Source of the DNA: Octopus sinensis
Taxonomy: Eukaryota
Length of the DNA stretch: 64,000 bases
Assembly: GCF_006345805.1 (NCBI RefSeq)
Contig: NC_043002.1
Location: forward strand, 28,334,001 to 28,398,000
Direction: 5' to 3'
The notes beneath the pieces are model-generated. The model searched no databases and was not told the origin of the DNA. It saw only the letters and a list, made by a program, of their open reading frames with translations. Positions 26,096 through 37,752 of the stretch are shown one piece after another; position 1 is the first letter of the stretch; every line of letters starts with the position of its first letter. Position numbers and translations under genes: made by a program.

Positions 26096-27461
26096 TACTG
26101 CACCGCAAAAGAAACGCGAGACGTGTGTGACTGTGAAATAAGTTTTGATTTCATTGTCAGAGGTAAATTTTGATCAATCTGATCAAGTCAATTTCTTGGA
26201 TGTACGTTGACCACAGTCTGTGGGTCGTTGTCATGTGTTCTGGTAGTGGGAGGATCCAGCAGATCGAGATTGTAGGGTGTGACATATTCAATACCGTGTA
26301 TGCCATCCCTGGGTGTTCAAAACGGCCATACACCGTCGGTACATGGAGTGCATGAGGCGGTTAACAAAAGCCTGCGCCCACATCCTGAGGAATGCTGCCT
26401 CCAGTTCCACATGAGTTGTCGGCCTTGGGCCACCTGGTTCGGCCATCTCTGGATTTCATCCCACGTGTGTTCAATTGAGTCCAAATCCGGGTTGAGAGCC
26501 GGCCACGGCTTGGTTCTGATGTGCTGGAACAGTAAGTTCATGGTGACCCTAGCCGTGGGGGAGGGAGCATTGTCCTGTTGGAACACGTGGCTATGGAGAT
26601 GCACGAAGAAGGACACGATGTGAGGTCTTAAGATCTGGTCAAGGAAGCGCTGCGCTGTGATGCCACTCCCTCTGCCTGCACCAACATTTTGGAACGTATG
26701 AGGCCAAATTCTCTGATTCAAGCCTATAGTACCCCAAACCATGATGCTTCAGCCACCCAACGCGTCTCTCTCCACAACACATGCGTCTCTGTAGCGTTCA
26801 CCCCTCCTACGACACACCCTCACTCCAAGGGAGAAACGCAGTACTGGCTCTCGTCAGAGAAGGCTATCGACCGCCATTGTTGATGCCGCCAATGTCGGTG
26901 CTGTATAGCAGTAAACGCAAAAAGAAACACTCTTGCTGATTAGGATGCACAGTGTACACCCGCCCGATAGCACCGTAGATAACATGTTCTTCCCAGCCCT
27001 CAAGGGGTGCTCTTTCCTTGCGTTTGTTCCATCTATTCTGTGTCCAGGTATAGTACACAGGAACCTCAACATACGACAGTGTTCGGGCAAACAGATCACA
27101 TTGGCATAATTTGAAGAAAGCTGTCAAGGGGGTTTCTGGCAGGCGGTGAGGTCAAGCCCTCAAGCAGGAAAGCAGCAACGCAGGTTGTTGGCGGCCAGTC
27201 GATGTCGTACCGTGCTGTCGCTGATGGGTTGCTGTCCAGTGCCAATGGTATCGCGAGCTCTCACGTTGGCCGGTCTGAAGCGATAACGGAAGTGTTGCAA
27301 GCGGATGAAGCGGTCCTGTCTGGGCGTGGTAACCCAAGGGCGCCCTCTGCAGTACTGTTGGTGTTGCTGTATCGCTGTTGCGGGTGAGAGATGGTGCTGA
27401 CATGGACGTTGTAAGATTTCGCAACAAGGGCACGCTGCCCTGCTTGCAATCGGCCGATAGC

Positions 27462-27514
<53 letters not shown>

Positions 27515-27720
27515 TGTGTGTGTGTGTGTGAGTATGTCTGTGCGTGTGTGCGTGCGCGCGTGCGTGTGTGTGTGTATGTCTGTGTGTGTGTGTGTGTGTG
27601 TGCGTGTGTGTGTATGTGTGTGTTCTTGTGTGAAGTAGAAAAGTTCTGATTTCCATAACTCCGAATTGCTCGTTTCCGATCATCAGCTGGTAAACCGAGC
27701 TTGGTTTTCTCTTGAATATT
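26096..27720 (-). mobile_element. Tc1-like transposon relic, interrupted by (CA)n and a Helitron fragment
   Basis: AIGRLQAG..., [18 protein letters not shown] (HTH region), QWRSIAFSDES, VFQQDNAP, WPALNPDLDSIEHTWD (DD34E-type). TIR-like TACTGCACCGCAAAAGAAACGC at 26096. Confidence 0.85.
26900..27130 (-). pseudogene. Helitron Rep/helicase fragment embedded in Tc1
   Basis: LTAFFKLCQCDLFARTLSYVEVPVYYTW...IGRVYTVHPNQQECFFLRLLL, a characteristic Helitron RepHel segment. Confidence 0.8.
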
Positions 27721-28148
27721 CACTGCCTGAATATTTGATTTTTAAATATGAGATCAAAGTTTGAAGAAAATGTTTGCGCTTATATTCTTTCTTTTAAAAA
27801 CCTTTATGAGCGACACCTGCGAAAACTCATGCTTTTTATTTCATTTCATGTTCTCGCGGTAATATTATTATAAACATCATAGACTCCATACAACTGAAGT
27901 CATTATATTGCGTTGCTGCCAAAGCAATGTTCCAACATAGTACTTTTAAGTAATTATCATAATTAATACTTTTAATTAATGTTTTTAAAGACAATGAGTG
28001 TGTATGTTGGTGTTCATTTTGCATGTATCGTACATATTATACATATTATAGACGATAAGAAAATGGAGGAAAAACAACAATGAGAAGTGTGTCTTTTGTG
28101 CTAAAAAGCCATTATTTAATTAGTTAAGCAAGGTGAGGGTAAGAGTGA

Positions 28149-28225
28149 GTTTACAGCTGGTTCCGTGTACCATGTTGAGGTAAATATGCATTTACATCGT
28201 TGCAAATGGTAGACGTCATCAGAAC
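28149..28225 (-). ncRNA. Hammerhead-like motif with one core substitution
   Basis: GTT-CTGATGA-CGTCTACCAT...ATGGTACACG-GAAC-CAGCTG-TA^AAC. Stem I GTT/AAC, extended stem II, palindromic CAGCTG; GAAA is GAAC. Confidence 0.5.
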
Positions 28226-28910
28226 GAAGAGGGCAGAGATAGACAAAGAGGAGAATAGAACGAAATACAGAGGGAGAAACCGGGGAAGAAAATGTTCAAT
28301 GATTCGAAAGTCTTACAATTTAGTTAGGTTCAAAATTCATTAAATCCATTGTGAGGTCGATGAAGGATAGAGGTTGGTTGAATCTAAGGTCTCGTAGTTA
28401 GTTATTAGCATGACTTTCACGTGTCTGCCAGTTCGGCTAGTTGACCGCCGGTGTAATCTGAGGGAGTTATCCCTAATTAGGAATATCCGGTGTGGTTAAT
28501 AGGACCTATGTGCCACTAACTTATACGTTGTAGGTAGTTCGTATACGTACAAAGGAAGCCGTAAATAAGGGTAATGTTTATATCTAGCAGCGGTACGATT
28601 TACCGTGTTAACAGACAAGGTGTCGGGATAATATTTAGGTTTGAGGAGTGCAATGAAAAAGTAAAGAAAAAGATAGAAAGGGGAGATTTAACATATAAAA
28701 GGAGTTGGTAGTTCTCAACTGAAATGAATTATAGAAAAAAAAGTCGGCTAGCGTAGAATGTAGATATTAATTATTTATTTATGATGTGGATTGGATATGC
28801 GTAAGCTAGTTACATCTATCACTTACAGGGTTTAAACACCTCTAATTTATACTTTATTATACATATTATACATTGTATATTCAGCTTTCGTATACACACA
28901 TATATATTTG

Positions 28911-28942
<32 letters not shown>

Positions 28943-28960
28943 GACACGCACACACACCAC

Positions 28961-29002
<42 letters not shown>

Positions 29003-29006
<4 letters not shown>

Positions 29007-29200
29007 AACAACTTATTAATAAGGGCAAAAGAAAATTATTTCAATGCCTATATGCTGATAACAGACTTTTAAATCGTCAATTTCCACATATTATTTAATA
29101 AATATGTAAATAATATGTGGAAAATTGACGAATTAAAAATCTGTTATTGCATATTGGCATTGAAATAATTTTCTTTAGCCTTATTGATAAGTTGTTTATA
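29003..29200. repeat. Imperfect palindrome, ~95-bp arms
   Basis: The right arm is the reverse complement of the left with scattered mismatches. Centre ~29100. Confidence 0.85.
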
Positions 29201-29443
29201 ATTTTAACGTAATACTAAAGGTATTTTAATATGCTGCCACATTTTTTGATGGAATTTTTTCTGGTGAAAAAACTTCATCTTATATTATATATTATATATA
29301 ATATTACTATATATATATACATAAATATATTATAGACAAAACCACTATTTTGCAATAACAAACAAGGAAAGACTTTACCAATACAAAACTTTTAATAAAT
29401 AGTCAATATATATACATATATATACCATACATAGTATATATAT

Positions 29444-29478
<35 letters not shown>

Positions 29479-29626
29479 ACTATACTATATAATATATACA
29501 TTATATATATATACAATACATATATATACATACATCTATTATATTATATATATATATAATATATATATTATATATATATATATATAATATATATATTATA
29601 TATATATATACATATATATACACATA

Positions 29627-29846
29627 AATGGCGGTGCCCCAGCATGGCCACAGCTCATGAGCTGAAAATAGAATCAATCAATCAATCATATATACGACAG
29701 GCTTCTTTCAGTTTCCGTCTACCAAATCTACTCACAAGGCTTTGGTCGGTCCGAGGTTATAGCAGAAGGCACTTGCCCAAGATGCCACGCTGTGGGACTG
29801 AACCCGGAACCATGTGGTTGTTTAGCAAGCTACTTACCACACAGCC
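29627..29846 (-). mobile_element. SINE family B 5' half (minus) with an adjacent plus-strand tail fragment
   Basis: 29695-29846 is the reverse complement of 32110-32262. GGCGGTGCCCCAGCATGGCC tail piece at ~29630. Confidence 0.8.
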
Positions 29847-30359
29847 ATACATATATATATATACGTATATAAACGCGAGTTGTCTGTTTGGATTTTTGTT
29901 TGTGTAAAGTTGCCGTCTACACCCGTTAATGAATTTTCGTGAACCTTCGCAAACATGTTAAAGTAACATCCACTTTGTTACTAGGTTCATTAAAGTGTAA
30001 TACAAATCTATAATTGGATGGCTTGAGCCCCTATAAGGGGTCCACATATATAACCCTTGTAGTTTCCTTTAACAGCCAAAGGAAATAACCCATTCATCTT
30101 CCTAGCCAATAGAAATAACCCATTCATTTTCTTTTGCATCAAACGGTTCCCCAGGAAATTTATCCATGATTCACGTATGGGGAAGTCTGCACGACCTACA
30201 GAGAAGTTTGCTCCAAACATGTACTACTGGAAAACGATGCTCACTGGGACCAGACACTGGAGGAGGCAGCACTCAGCAGAGTACCGTGTCAAGTCCGCCA
30301 GTTATTTTCTGTTGTGTTGATGACATGTGACTCAAGGTTTGGGCGACCCACAAAAGCAG

Positions 30360-31640
30360 CATGGCAGAGGACATCCTACAAAGGATTCAAAGGCAAACCC
30401 CAGCGGAAATTTCCACGTTCAATAACGCTATTTATAACAAGGCATTACTTGACCTGGACACCCGAGTGCTAGCTATGGGAGGTCAAAGCATTGCTACATT
30501 TGGTCTGCTTCAACTGGAGCAGGCAGCAAACAATCTCGCAATTGAGTACCTGTCAGAAATCAGCTATGACATCGAGGAAATGACGGCATATATAGCTGAT
30601 AACGAACACAAACTGATAGAGAACCAACTATAAAAGGCAAACTTCTGGTTGAATCCAAGTTGATAATCTCAGACGAGGTGCCAATGAGCCTTAAGGTTTC
30701 CTTTGAAACTCTTTACATGGCCCTTCAGGATCTGAGACACAACACAGGCTCATTGAAGGTGCTACAGTCTTGCTTGCAGCAGACTTTAAACAAACCCTTC
30801 TCGTGGTTCCAAAGGGGACAAGAGCTGATGAGGTAAATTCCAGTATAAAGTCGTCCTACCTATGGAGCAGTGTGCAAAAGCTGAGACTCACAATCAACAT
30901 GATACTGCAGCTGATGACGATGCAGACAGAACCTTTTCAAAGTCACTGTTGGACGTCGGTGATGGCATTTCGTTTGGCGGAAGGATGGCCGGGTAAGTTT
31001 GCCTTTTGGACACATGGTATCTGATTTAAAGGAACTAATGAATAAGGTGCTTCCTACCCTGAGGAATCAGTTTACAAACCACAACTGGATGAAAACCCGT
31101 GCCATTTTAGCCCCAAAGAATGTGGAAGTTGATGATTTGTACGTCAAACTTCTGGAACACTCGCCAGGTGAGCGTCACATCTACAGTTCTATTGACACTG
31201 TACTCAACATTGATGAAGCTGTGAATTATCCAGTTGAATTCTTGACTAGTCTAACATCACCCGGCCTCCCACCTCACAACTTGCATCACAAGATTGGGGC
31301 GCCAGTTATGCTACTTCGAAACTTCGATCCACCAAAGCTTTGCACACGACTTATAATAAAGATGATGTCAACAGTTATGCAGACAACAATTTTGACTCGT
31401 AAAGCAAGCGGTAAGTCTGTATCCATTCCTAGAATATTCCCTCGGATATACCTTTCCAGTACAAGCGCCTACAATTCCCGTTGAAACTGTGCTTTGCAAT
31501 TAGCATTAGCAAGGCCTAAGGTCAGTCCTTGCATGTGGTTTGACCCTTGCGAAACCAGTTTTCTCTCATGGCCAACTTTATGTGGGATTCTCAAGAGTCG
31601 GCAATACTAACCATTTGTCTATTAATGCCTCACAAGGAAA
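30360..31640 (+). pseudogene. Helitron Pif1-like helicase relic
   Basis: DEVPMS, LLAADFKQTL, RAILAPKNVEV, FLTSLTSPGLPPHNL..KIGAPVMLLRNFDPPKLC, QFPLKLCFAIS, FSHGQLYVGFSRV. Frameshifts and stops present. Confidence 0.9.
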
Positions 31641-31644
31641 GACC

Positions 31645-31723
31645 TGCTTCTTGTTTATACACCTGTCTTCGTCTTTTGTTTTCCTGTAAATTTCAATTAT
31701 ATATATAATATATATTATATATA

Positions 31724-31771
<48 letters not shown>

Positions 31772-31823
31772 TTGAAATTTACAGGAAAACAAAAGACGAA
31801 GACAGGTGTATAAACAAGAAGCA
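31645..31823. repeat. Perfect 55-bp inverted repeat flanking a (TA)-rich spacer
   Basis: Arms 31645-31699 and 31769-31823 are exact reverse complements by manual check. The arm resembles 46577-46620. Confidence 0.9.
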
Positions 31824-32101
31824 TATATATATATATAATATATATATTAGAAATCTGTGTTTATTAAATTTTATATATTTAGAGATGTATTAATGTTTCT
31901 TTTGATATTATAATAAAAGCAATTTTACATTAAATTGAAGGATTACTAAATATATTTTGTAGAGTAAAAATTTATTATTCTTTAACAAGAATAGTATTGA
32001 CAATGAATTCAAAATTTCAGTCAGCAAATGATGATGGCTTACCTGACCGAAATTTCGAAGTTACTGTTAATACTATTGTTAAAGAATATCTTACATATAT
32101 A

Positions 32102-32508
32102 GGCGCAGGAGTGGCTGTGTGGTAAGTAGCTTGCTAACCAACCACATGGTTCCGGGTTCAGTCCCACTGCGTGGCATCTTGGGCAAGTGTCTTCTGCTAT
32201 AGCCCCGGGCCGACCAATGCCTGTGAGTGGATTTGGTGAGACGGAAATGAGAAGCCTGTCATGTATATATATATATATATATGTGTGTATGTGTTTGTGT
32301 GTCTGTGTTTGTCCCCCTAGCATTGCTTGACAACCGATGCTGGGTGTACGTCCCCGTCACTTAGCGGTTCGGCAAAAAGAGACCGATAGAATAAGTACTG
32401 GGCTTACAAAGAATAAGTCCCGGGGTCGATTTGCTCGACTAAAAGGCGGTGCTCCAGCATGGCCGCAGTCAAATGACTGAAACAAGTAAAAGAGTAAAGA
32501 GTAAAGAG
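32102..32508 (+). mobile_element. SINE family B, full bipartite copy
   Basis: tRNA-like head GGCGCAGGAGTGGCTGTGTGGTAAG...GGGTTCAGTCCC, CORE-like ATCTTGGGCAAGTGTC, internal (TA)/(TG) linker, 3' half ending (AAGAGT)n. Confidence 0.85.
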
Positions 32509-33270
32509 AGTATATATATATGTATGTATGTATTATTATATATATATATATAATATATATATATAATATATATACTCACATACACACACATATATATATA
32601 TGATATATATATATATATATATATATATGAATATATAATGATATCAAATCGTGTTTATATTTTTGTCTCTATAAAGTTACCTTAAATATTAAGCGTAAGG
32701 AAAAGAAATCAAGTGTATTTTCGCAGGAATGACTTTAAAGTGGGATTGCCTGTGTTGTGAAGCAAAGTGGATATGAAACGAAACTTCTGAGGAGAATATA
32801 GGAAAGATTTCACTATTTCCAATTCTTTTCTGTTTTTATGTGCAGCACATACAGAAAACCTCAGAAGCAATTTCATTTTTATTATAAAAATGTTTCTTCC
32901 CTGCAGTTTCGTTTCGTCATATTTTTTTTTATTTTGCATGCCGTCCGTCACTTCGGGTTTTTCTTTGTTTTTATCTTTTTTTTACTGCGGTATGGCGGTA
33001 GCACTTCCTTTACAGTTTTGCACTGACTCCAAGTTTTTGTTTGTCGTCTATTTTCTTTTGATGCGTATATCGGAACATGCAATTTTTATGTATGCATACG
33101 CGAATGTGCATTTACGTGTCTATATGCGCGTATTATATATTTAATACACACACACACACGCACACATACACGCACACTCACACACATACACGCGCACACA
33201 CACACACATACGCACACACATACATACACTCACACACACACACACATAAATATATATATTATATATATAC

Positions 33271-33328
<58 letters not shown>

Positions 33329-33552
33329 GAGATAAACTTGGAAATGGATGCGTGGCGCTCAATCTTATAAAAATGTAAATAATATATAAATATATATGTA
33401 TATATACATACATATATGTAGATACTGACATATATATGTATATACATATGCATGTATTGGTACAGGACGTCATAAAACGTAAACAACATGAAATACGAAA
33501 TACGAAAACATGGAATACGAACATATTTTTACGAACAACGAAAGAAACAAAT

Positions 33553-33917
33553 GGAAAACATGACAAGTAATATACAGAATGACCCTTCATCAGTTGTCGG
33601 CTGTTTATCTACTCCACATTTCGAGCAATTACGACAAGATGTGTCTTCAGGAAAACAGTTGCACCCGCAAAACAAAATAAAATTTGGGATTTGCGGGGGA
33701 TCAAACATGGTAACAAAAACAGGACAGTGAAAACAAATAGTCTGTCCTGTTTTTGTTACCAACTTTGATCCAAATTAGATTCCAAATTTCATTTTGCTTT
33801 GCGGGAGCAATTGTTTTCTCGAAGACACATCTTGTCGTAATTGCTCGAAATGTAGAGTAGATAAACAGCCGACAACTGATGAAGGATAATTCTTTATGTT
33901 ACTTGTCTTGTTTCCCA
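33553..33917. repeat. Imperfect palindrome, ~175-bp arms, each carrying CTGATGA
   Basis: Arms 33553-33727 and 33742-33917, for example TCATCAGTTGTCGGCTGTTTATCTACTC versus GAGTAGATAAACAGCCGACAACTGATGA. Confidence 0.85.
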
Positions 33918-34083
33918 TATGTATGTATATATGTATATATATATTTATATAATATCTATATTATATATACATATAATCAACTAATGAGGGTGAGAAAGTT
34001 GTATACTATTTTAATAGTACATCCATTTAACACCAAGTGGCTTAGTGCATATAAAGCCCGGATTACGATACCTTTATACATAA

Positions 34084-34362
34084 ATATAAGAGAGCAACCA
34101 CCATGTGGTCTACTCTAGCACTAAAAATAGATCCGCTGGGCTTCAGCCACATAAAAAATGTTTCCGATGAATATTAGCACAACTACTGGCGCAGACAGGG
34201 CAAATAAACATAACAAAAATGTAAATTAGTCCGGGACAATTGTTTCGCTATTAATAAATTAATAAATTATGTAATTTTACTCACATAAAATACCTTTATT
34301 TGTAGCTCATCGGCCGGCGGATCTATTTTTAGTGCTAGAGTAGACCACATGGTGGTTGCTCT

Positions 34363-34369
<7 letters not shown>
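34084..34369. repeat. Element with perfect 53-bp terminal inverted repeats
   Basis: 34084-34136 and 34317-34369 are exact reverse complements. Right end abuts (TA)n. Confidence 0.9.
34231..34317 (-). ncRNA. Hammerhead-like motif with CCGAUGA core
   Basis: CCGG-CCGATGA-GCTA...TAGC-GAAA-CAATTG-TC^CCGG. All three stems present; U4 is C. Confidence 0.55.
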
Positions 34370-34406
<37 letters not shown>

Positions 34407-34496
34407 ATTATATTATATACATTATATTCAATGCAAATATTTATATTTAATAGATATATTATATATGTTGTACATAATGTTTATACATTATACATA

Positions 34497-34660
34497 GGCG
34501 CAGGAGTGGCTGTGCGGTAAGTAACTTGCTTACCAACCACATGATTCTGGGTTCAGTCCCACTGCGTGGCACCTTGGACAAGTGTCTTCTAATATAGCCT
34601 CAGACCGACGAAAACCTTGTGAGTGGATTTGGTAGAGGGAAACTGAAAGAAGCCCGTCGT
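34497..34660 (+). mobile_element. SINE family B 5' half
   Basis: High similarity to 32102-32262. Confidence 0.85.
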
Positions 34661-34683
34661 ATATATGTATGTATATATATATA

Positions 34684-34711
<28 letters not shown>

Positions 34712-34714
<3 letters not shown>

Positions 34715-35173
34715 AGCGAGAAGAAGCAACAAAATGGATAGGTTTTTAGTACGATCGTTTCATACAAGGACAGGTTTATTAAAAGTTGCAAAGATTACAG
34801 CATTAAACGAGTCCCGTACTCATCAGCTAAAATACATGTAAGTTCTCTAGACATCCTAGTGTTTGAGGCTATACTCATGAAGTAATGTAGATAATTAAAA
34901 CAGATTTCTAAAGTTCATTAAAGTTCTTTAAAGATGATGTATAAGACTATACATCATCTTTAAGAACTTTAATGACTTTAGAAATCTGTTTAATTATCTA
35001 CATTACTTCATGAGTATGCCTCAACACTAGGATGTCTAGAGAACTTACATGTATTTGCTGATGATACGGGACTCGTTTATATGCGTAATCTTTGCAACTT
35101 TTAATAAACCTGTCCTTGTATGAAACGATCGTACTAAAAACCTATCCATTCTTGTTGCTTCTTTCTCGCTTAT
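34712..35173. repeat. Long palindrome, ~230-bp arms, 4-nt spacer
   Basis: Centre GATGATGTATA-AGAC-TATACATCATC. The arms differ mainly by single-base indels. Confidence 0.9.
34744..34832 (-). ncRNA. Type I hammerhead ribozyme motif with long stem II loop
   Basis: TTTTAG-CTGATGA-GTACGGGAC...GTCCTTGTAT-GAAA-CGATCG-TA^CTAAAA. 6-bp stem I, intact core, palindromic stem III. A degraded mirror copy lies at 35053-35139 (+). Confidence 0.7.
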
Positions 35174-35278
35174 CACACCCCCACATTACTGTATTGTTAA
35201 ATCAGTATTGTTTTTTGGTGCATCTAGTTAGGTACCATATTACGTAAATTTTTTAAATTACTTGAATCTTTATTGCTC

Positions 35279-35320
<42 letters not shown>

Positions 35321-35322
<2 letters not shown>

Positions 35323-35635
35323 AGTTAGTTAGTTAGTTAGTTTTTTGGCTCAAAAAGCAAGGTCATGTAGGGGGACATGGAGTTATGTACAGGGTGGTGT
35401 TCATGTAAAGAGTTCAGGCCACTTGTGGTCAAAGGAGACTTTGAACCGAGCGGTCGTCAGCATCTTCACCATCTCGTCCGGCATCTTATTCCACGGATCC
35501 GCAACCCGGACGTAGAAAGCCCCTCTCCTTCGACTGAGATGAAATCGTCGCAGATAGAGCTTTTCGGAGTGACCCCCCAGCCGACGCTCTGGAGCAGGAT
35601 TGAAGAACACTCTTTCAAAGGTTACACTTTCGCTT
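35321..35635 (-). pseudogene. CR1-type LINE 3' end with (CTAA)n tail
   Basis: GGHSEKLYLRRFHLSRRRGAFYVRVADPWNKMPDEMV...FKVSFD matches the CR1 ORF2 C-terminal pattern. (TTAG)n at 35321-35342. Confidence 0.75.
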
Positions 35636-35653
35636 ATGATGTTGTGAGCATGA

Positions 35654-35687
<34 letters not shown>

Positions 35688-35719
35688 CTCATACATATAT
35701 ATATATATTTATATACTCT

Positions 35720-35837
<118 letters not shown>

Positions 35838-35864
35838 TATCTATATATATATAGATATATATAT

Positions 35865-36171
35865 GGAGGCGCAATGTTAGGGCATGGTTAGGGCAGCGGA
35901 CTCGCGGTCGTAGGATCGCGGTTTCGATTCCCAGACCGGGCGTTGTGAGTGTTTATTGAGCGAAAACACCTAAACGCTCCACGAGGCTCCGGCAGGGGGT
36001 GGTGATCCCTACTGTACTCTTTCACCACTCTTTCTCCCACTCTTTCTTCTGTTGGCCTCCTCGCTTAGCCAGCGGGGTGGCGTCATTCGAAGGCTAAAAC
36101 AATGCGAACGCATTGTGACCAGCGATGTGTAACTACATCTGATGGACTGGTCGGTCACGGGATCACGTGAT
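35865..36171 (+). mobile_element. tRNA-derived SINE family C
   Basis: tRNA-like head GGAGGCGCAATG...TGGTTAGGGCAGCGGACTCGCGGTCGTAGGATCGCGGTTTCGATTCCC, followed by a non-tRNA body. Confidence 0.65.
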
Positions 36172-36187
36172 ATTATATATATATATG

Positions 36188-36390
36188 TTCGTGTGTCTGA
36201 ATTTGTCTCCCCCCCCAACACCGCTTGACAACCGATGCTGGTGTGTTTACGTCCCCGTAAGTTAGTGGTTCGGCAAAAGGAACCGATCCAATAAGTACTA
36301 GGCTTACAAAGAATAAGTTCTGGGGTCGATTTGCTCGACTAAAGCGGTGCTCCGCATGGCCGCAACCAAATGACTGAAACAAATAAAAGA
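36188..36390 (+). mobile_element. SINE family B 3' half
   Basis: High similarity to 32295-32490. Confidence 0.85.
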
Positions 36391-36757
36391 ATACATAGTG
36401 TATATATATTATATTAAAATTTATCTTATGTTATGTATATAACAATTTTTCTATGACTACGCCTGTGTTTACGTGTGTATATGTCTACATTATTCATATA
36501 TACGTATATATAAAGAGAGAGAGGGATAAATATTAATGTATCTATATATATATATATATAACTACAAATTTAAAATGGAGAAACATACTTAAACAATCAA
36601 TATCAACCATCAGATGATACCCAATCAATACTTTATTACACCATTACTAACAGTAAAGGCATTATACAAATAGTGTAGTAGTATATGTTATCCCAATGGT
36701 GGGTTGAATTTTCAACCCTATCTCTTTATAACAGAAATATATATATATTATATATAT

Positions 36758-36790
<33 letters not shown>

Positions 36791-36794
36791 GTAC

Positions 36795-36886
<92 letters not shown>

Positions 36887-37369
36887 ATATAATATGGGAT
36901 GTATGTATAATAACATAACAGTCAAGACTATTGAAAATGTTGCAAGACGCAACGAAAATTTTAGGAAAAAAAATAAGAAATAATTGGAAATTTTACCGGT
37001 GAGTATATAATTATAATGCACAAAAGAATGACTCTCCCCAGACACAACAGAATATGCTTCAACACACGAACTCATATAAAGAATCGTGCAAACTAATTCA
37101 AAATACGAAATATACATAATAATTATATTATAACTAAATTTATTACATTGATGCCAATCTCGTTAAGGTTGTTGATGAGAGGACATCATGTGTCATCTCA
37201 TCTCTGAGACATGTCATTCAAAACTTTCAAATCTTGCGTTCTTTGTTTTGCCTTATTTTCTCACCAAACTCCTTCTCCTATTTTTTGAAACCAAATATAG
37301 TCTGAATAGAATTATATTTCTTATTACTTATGTATTCTTTCTCAAGGCTTTCCTTCGTATCATTTGTAG

Positions 37370-37752
37370 TGACTGTTGGCTGCGATTTCTAGTGGATCGA
37401 GTTTCCGACGTCCCCTGCCCAATTCAAGATCACAACATACATGCACACTGCAACATAATTTCTTTTCCTCAACCGGCCCTGCCCTATTTAACATTGTCCC
37501 GAGGAGATCAAGAGGAAAAGGATCCATCAACTTTAAACGGAGTCTGGATAGATTCCTTCAAGAATACCAGATAGCCACCCATAATTGGATACAACTCACC
37601 CAACAAGAACTCACTACTTGAACAAAACTTGACTTAAACAAAACTTGACTTAAACAGGATTCGAATAATCCTGTCAGGTGGTGCTATTAAGTTAGACATG
37701 GCCTGGACCAATCTTTGGTCGAAACATATCTAAGTTGTTATCTAAGTAAGTA
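37370..37752 (+). pseudogene. CR1-group LINE 3' end
   Basis: HNFFSSTGPALFNIVP...FKRSLDRFLQE. Shares GGTGGTGCTATTAAGTTAGACATGGCCTGG with the copy at 57331-58040. Confidence 0.75.

Noticed and set aside
35865-35940. Family C head as a functional tRNA gene
   Set aside because: The D-arm and anticodon stem pair poorly, there is no T-run terminator, and it continues into a SINE body.
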